Shown: one piece after another, positions 43,317 to 46,868 of the stretch
How positions within the stretch are numbered: position 1 is the stretch's first letter
How the letters are laid out: every line of letters starts with the position of its first letter
Notes under the pieces: model-generated
The model's input: only the letters and a program-made list of their open reading frames with translations
Told to the model about the DNA's origin: nothing
Database searches by the model: none
Assembly: GCA_035947855.1 (NCBI GenBank)
Contig: DASZJR010000147.1
Location: 1 to 46,868 of the forward strand
Reading direction: 5' to 3'
Source of the DNA: Candidatus Dormiibacterota bacterium
Lineage (GTDB): Bacteria; Chloroflexota; Dormibacteria; CF-121
DNA length: 46,868 bases
Translations under genes and position numbers: made by a program

Positions 43317-44417
43317 ATGAATCCAATGACCTCCATCGGCAGTCTGAGCGGAGACCTGCTGATCGGGGTCATCGCAGGCCTCGTCTTCATCGAGGAGACC
43401 GGGATTCCGATCCCATTTGCACCCGGCGACCTGCTCCTGATCATCGCCGGGATCGCCGTCGCCAGCGATACGGTGGAGCCAATCCCCATGGTGGCCGCCC
43501 TCTTGCTGGCCACCATCCTCGGCGCCATGGTCGGCCGGGAAGTCTTTGCCGCCGTGGGCCGGCCGGCTCTGATGAAGGCCGCGGACGCCTTGAGATTTCG
43601 GCCAGCGCTGGAGCGAGCGACGCACATGCTGCACCGCCGCGGTGCGCCGGCGGTTTTCATCGGCCGGCTGATTCCAGGGCTCCGCATCACCACCACGCAG
43701 GTGGCCGGGGTCAGCCGGATGCCGCGCCTGACGTTTGCCGCCGGCCTCATCCCATCGGTCGTCATCTACATCGCGATCTTTGTCGGGCTGGGCGCGCTGG
43801 CCGGCCAACCGGCGGTCCGCCTCTTCCACCGGGCGCAGCATCGTTTCTTCGTCATCGCCGTGACTCTGCTTGCCGCACTTGCGGTCGTCCTCTCCATACG
43901 CTGGCTGGCACGGCGCGGCGCCCTTACCGCGCTGGATCCAATCGTCCTGGGCGTGCGGCGGCAGATGGCCGACACGATCGATGCGGCCATTTTCCGCGGA
44001 CGCGACCGGGGCCCCTGGCGGCAGTATTCGTTGGTCCGCCGGGTCTGGGCCGGTCTGATCGACCTGGCCATCGTGTTCGTCGTCACCGTCCTGATCCTGA
44101 CGGCGATATCCGGGATGGACACCTCCGAGATCGTGCTCGACCCGGAAGGCCTCCTGCTGCTGGCGGTCATCGCCCTGGCGTACCGTGTCCCGATCGAGGC
44201 GCGGACCGGTCAGACGATCGGTAAGACCCTGATGGGCATCTCGGCCTACGGACCCGAGGGCGGCGTTCCGGGGTGGTGGCGCGCGGCCCTGCGCAACCTG
44301 GCTGGAGTCCTGCTCCCGTTGTGGCCGGTCGATGCGGTGCTGCTCCTGCGGACGGGTCGTCGCCAGCGGGTTGGCGATCTCCTCACGCGCACCACCGTTC
44401 GTCGGGTGGCTCGCTGA
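43317..44417 (+). CDS. DedA(SNARE-associated)-RDD fusion membrane protein
   Basis: N-terminal half FIEETGIPIPFAPGDLLLIIAG...FIGRLIPGLRITTTQVAG (DedA). C-terminal half VRRVWAGLIDLAIVF...RTGQTIGKTLMGI...RQRVGDLLTRTTV (RDD). Confidence 0.8.
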   Translation: MNPMTSIGSLSGDLLIGVIAGLVFIEETGIPIPFAPGDLLLIIAGIAVASDTVEPIPMVAALLLATILGAMVGREVFAAVGRPALMKAADALRFRPALERATHMLHRRGAPAVFIGRLIPGLRITTTQVAGVSRMPRLTFAAGLIPSVVIYIAIFVGLGALAGQPAVRLFHRAQHRFFVIAVTLLAALAVVLSIRWLARRGALTALDPIVLGVRRQMADTIDAAIFRGRDRGPWRQYSLVRRVWAGLIDLAIVFVVTVLILTAISGMDTSEIVLDPEGLLLLAVIALAYRVPIEARTGQTIGKTLMGISAYGPEGGVPGWWRAALRNLAGVLLPLWPVDAVLLLRTGRRQRVGDLLTRTTVRRVAR

Positions 44418-45250
44418 CGGCCGTTCTGCTGGCCCTGGCCGCCAGCCTGAGCTGGGGCATCGGCGATTTTCTGGGTGGCGTCAGGACCCGGCGCCTGGGC
44501 GCGTTTGCCGTGCTCTTTGTCTCGCAACCGCCGACCCTCGTGCTGATCGCGATCCTGGTCAGCGTTCGCGGGGTGCCCGCTCGGCCCGGCTTTTGGATCG
44601 TCGCGGGCGTCGTGGCAGGCGTTGCCGGCCTGATCGGCCTCTCAGCGGTCTACCGCGGGATGGCCATTGGGGTGATCAGCGTCGTGTCGACCATCGCCGC
44701 CATGGGTCCGGTGGTCCCCATCCTGGTCGGCCTCGTGCTGGGCGAACGCCCGACGGCGCGGCAGCTCCTTGGCATGGCAACCGCGCTCGGAGGGATTGGG
44801 CTACTGGCCGTCGATCGCCGACCGTCAGAGTCAGGTCGGCGAATCCTTCCCGGCGCGGGCCTGGCGCTGCTCGCGGCGCTGGCCTTTGGCGTCTTTCTGG
44901 TGGCGATCCGCTACGCCAGCCGGCCGGATCCGCTCTGGGGCGTGCTCGCGACCCGATCCGGGAGCGTGCTCGCGCTGCTCTTGCTCGGCGTGGTCTTCCG
45001 CTCGCGCATCAAGGTGGGGCTCCCCGACCTGCCGGTCCTTTTTGCCATCGGCATCCTCGACGTTGGAGCTGATGTCCTGTTCGCGTTCGCGACGACCCTC
45101 GGACTGCTAAGCGTCGTGTCCATTCTCTCGTCGCTCTATCCGGTCGCCACCCTCATCCTTGCGCGGATCGTCCTCAACGAGCGCATGGCCCGACCGCAGC
45201 AAGCCGGCATCGGGCTGGCGTTGGCGGGCGTGGCGCTGATCAGCATCTGA
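44414..45250 (+). CDS. EamA/DMT-family transporter
   Basis: LLALAASLSWGIGDFLGG and ~10 TM helices. The track ORF starts at 44273 (145-nt overlap with the upstream gene); the true start is unresolved. The coordinate given is the in-frame CTG where the EamA homology begins. Confidence 0.7.
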   Translation: MTAVLLALAASLSWGIGDFLGGVRTRRLGAFAVLFVSQPPTLVLIAILVSVRGVPARPGFWIVAGVVAGVAGLIGLSAVYRGMAIGVISVVSTIAAMGPVVPILVGLVLGERPTARQLLGMATALGGIGLLAVDRRPSESGRRILPGAGLALLAALAFGVFLVAIRYASRPDPLWGVLATRSGSVLALLLLGVVFRSRIKVGLPDLPVLFAIGILDVGADVLFAFATTLGLLSVVSILSSLYPVATLILARIVLNERMARPQQAGIGLALAGVALISI

Positions 45251-45260
45251 CTCGGCCGCG

Positions 45261-46511
45261 TTAGCCACGGAACCCGGCGAGCAGTTCCAGCACGAGGTCG
45301 ACCTCGCTTGCGGTGTTGTAGTGGGCCATCCCGATGCGCAGCGTGCCGCCCTGCTCGACCAGGCCCAGCCTCGTCATCAGCTCCGTCGCGTAGTGGTCGC
45401 CGTGCGTCACAAAGACCTGGTGACTCGCCAGCCAGCGCGCCACCGCCTCCGGACGATGCGGCGGCCAGATGAGGGACACCGTCGGCGCCCGGCGATCGAG
45501 CTGTTCGGGCGCGGTGATCCCGTAGATCTGGATGCCCGGGATCTGCCGGAGACCATCGATCAGCCGCGCCGCAAGGGCCCGCTCGTGACTGCGGATGCGA
45601 TCCATGGCCACTTCCAGCGCCGGGCGCACAACGCGATCCGCGCCGCCGAGCTCCGCCAGGTACTCGAATGCACCGAGCATTCCCGCGAGGCACTCGTGGT
45701 TCTGGGTGCCGGTCTCCCAGCGGGTCGGCACGTCGTCACTGGAGGGACGAACTTTGTAGGGACGGAGTCGCTGCAACAGCTCGCGGCGTCCATACAGGAC
45801 GCCCTGGTGCGGACCGTAGAACTTGTAGCTCGAGCACACCAGGAAGTCGCAGTCGATGGCGCGGACGTCGATCCTCCCATGGGGCCCGTAGTGAACGGCG
45901 TCTACCCATACCCAGGCGCCCGCGGCGTGGGCCGCCTGGGACACGGCCGCAAGGTCGGGGATGGTTCCTACGGCATTCGACGCATGGGTGATCGCGACCA
46001 GTCGCGTGCGCGGTGTCAGCTGCCGATGGAGATCGTTCATGTCGAGCGTGCATTCGGGAACCTCCATGTCGACGAACCGCACCGTCACCCCGCGCTCCTG
46101 GAGCGCCAGCCAGGGCGAGACGTTGGCGTCGTGGTCGAGCCGGGTTACAACGATCTCGTCGCCGGGACGAAGCTCACGCCCGATCGCGCGGCTCAGCGCG
46201 AAGGTCAGCGTCGTCATGTTGGGGCCAAAGACGATCTCGTCGGCCGAGGCGGCATTGAGGAAGGTCGCCGCTGCCTCTCGCACCTGCGCGATCAGCGCAT
46301 CCGAGCGCTGACTGGTCTTCGAGGTCCCGCCCTGATTCGCATTCATCGTCCGCCAGTACGCGGCCGTGCGGTCGATGACCCGCTGCGGCACCTGGGTGCC
46401 GGCGGGATTGTCAAGGTAGACGACCGGCTCTCCATCAACCTTGAGGGATAGCGCGGGGAACTGCCGGCGAATGGACTGGAGGTCGAGGTCGATCGTGGTC
46501 GGGCTGGCCAT
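45261..46511 (-). CDS. aminotransferase class V / cysteine-desulfurase-like PLP enzyme
   Basis: ITHASNAVGT, VDAVHY, and SSYKFYGPHQG (PLP-Lys context). Confidence 0.85.
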   Translation of the reverse strand: MASPTTIDLDLQSIRRQFPALSLKVDGEPVVYLDNPAGTQVPQRVIDRTAAYWRTMNANQGGTSKTSQRSDALIAQVREAAATFLNAASADEIVFGPNMTTLTFALSRAIGRELRPGDEIVVTRLDHDANVSPWLALQERGVTVRFVDMEVPECTLDMNDLHRQLTPRTRLVAITHASNAVGTIPDLAAVSQAAHAAGAWVWVDAVHYGPHGRIDVRAIDCDFLVCSSYKFYGPHQGVLYGRRELLQRLRPYKVRPSSDDVPTRWETGTQNHECLAGMLGAFEYLAELGGADRVVRPALEVAMDRIRSHERALAARLIDGLRQIPGIQIYGITAPEQLDRRAPTVSLIWPPHRPEAVARWLASHQVFVTHGDHYATELMTRLGLVEQGGTLRIGMAHYNTASEVDLVLELLAGFRG

Positions 46512-46843
46512 CAGTGGTGCTTCGCCGTTGCTTTCACGATGGCGCGGGCGGTGAGAAGCGCCACAATCGCGACCAGCTGACCCATCAGGATCACTCGATT
46601 CAGGTCGAGGGCCGGCTGCCAGCTGACCTCACCGCCTCTGATCACGAAGGCGCCGACCGGCCGGGAGGAAACGCCGAAGCCAGCGCCGCCAGCCTGCTGG
46701 CCTTCGTCACCGCCACCGCCCGCGCCGCCGGAGATCCTGGCCGCGGGAATAATGGTGATCCCGTCCTTTTCATAGGGCGTGCCGAACACTTCGGAGACTC
46801 GCATTGCCGCTTTGGCTTCATTGACGACATCCATGACACGCAT
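46511..46843 (-). CDS. GerW/YtfJ-family protein
   Basis: FGTPYEKDGITIIPAARISGGAGGGG......VGAFVIRGGEVSWQP matches the GerW (YtfJ_HI0045) pattern. C-terminal hydrophobic helix. Confidence 0.75.
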   Translation of the reverse strand: MRVMDVVNEAKAAMRVSEVFGTPYEKDGITIIPAARISGGAGGGGDEGQQAGGAGFGVSSRPVGAFVIRGGEVSWQPALDLNRVILMGQLVAIVALLTARAIVKATAKHH

Positions 46844-46868
46844 CGCAGTCCTCCTGGGGGGTGGCCGT

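Overview
GC-rich, very gene-dense bacterial chromosomal window. I call about 57 protein-coding genes. Third codon positions are strongly G/C-biased, and same-strand genes often overlap by 1-11 nt. By eye I found no rRNA, tRNA, CRISPR array, transposase or integrase. Lineage cannot be fixed from sequence alone; the gene set (membrane H+-PPase, GerW/YtfJ, DUF3352-like protein, WYL regulator, small HNH nuclease, leaderless-looking starts) suggests a high-GC Actinomycetota/Chloroflexota-like organism (inference). Content, left to right: K+-independent H+-pyrophosphatase; an HExxH protein divergent from a CinA-like protein; a TetR-led, translationally coupled 7-gene acyl-CoA oxidation operon (SCP2, split hot-dog hydratase, ACAD, SDR, crotonase); a DUF3352-like envelope protein; a homocitrate/Re-citrate-synthase-like enzyme; class I aldolase FbaB followed by two unannotated mini-proteins; hydrolases; an HD-GYP phosphodiesterase; a GlsB-type stress protein; a degenerate PIG-L-like protein; an HNH nuclease; citrate synthase; RtcB; a beta-propeller lipoprotein; a Phd/YefM-LeuA-regulatory-domain fusion; a GH3 hexosaminidase; an esterase coupled to gamma-glutamyltransferase; a lysine-repeat histone-like protein; an IPT/TIG surface protein; a DNA-repair-flavoured block (RmuC, rhodanese, atypical UDG-fold protein, WYL regulator, SbcD-like and SbcC-like proteins); GNAT; DUF885; a DedA-RDD fusion; an EamA transporter; a class-V aminotransferase; GerW/YtfJ. 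Most interesting observations: (1) a WYL regulator next to an Mre11/Rad50-like pair in which the ATPase has a two-helix membrane hairpin at the coiled-coil midpoint and no CxxC zinc hook; (2) an 18-nt identical, palindrome-containing motif present twice in inverted orientation, bracketing that 8.1-kb repair block; (3) an antitoxin-like DNA-binding domain fused to an orphan LeuA allosteric domain; (4) three perfect 36-bp hairpin-forming tandem repeats between the HNH gene and a degenerate PIG-L gene, in frame with the latter; (5) a five-copy REP-like hairpin element family that also supplies the 3' ends of two ORFs. All family assignments rest on motif recognition by eye and need HMM or BLAST confirmation.
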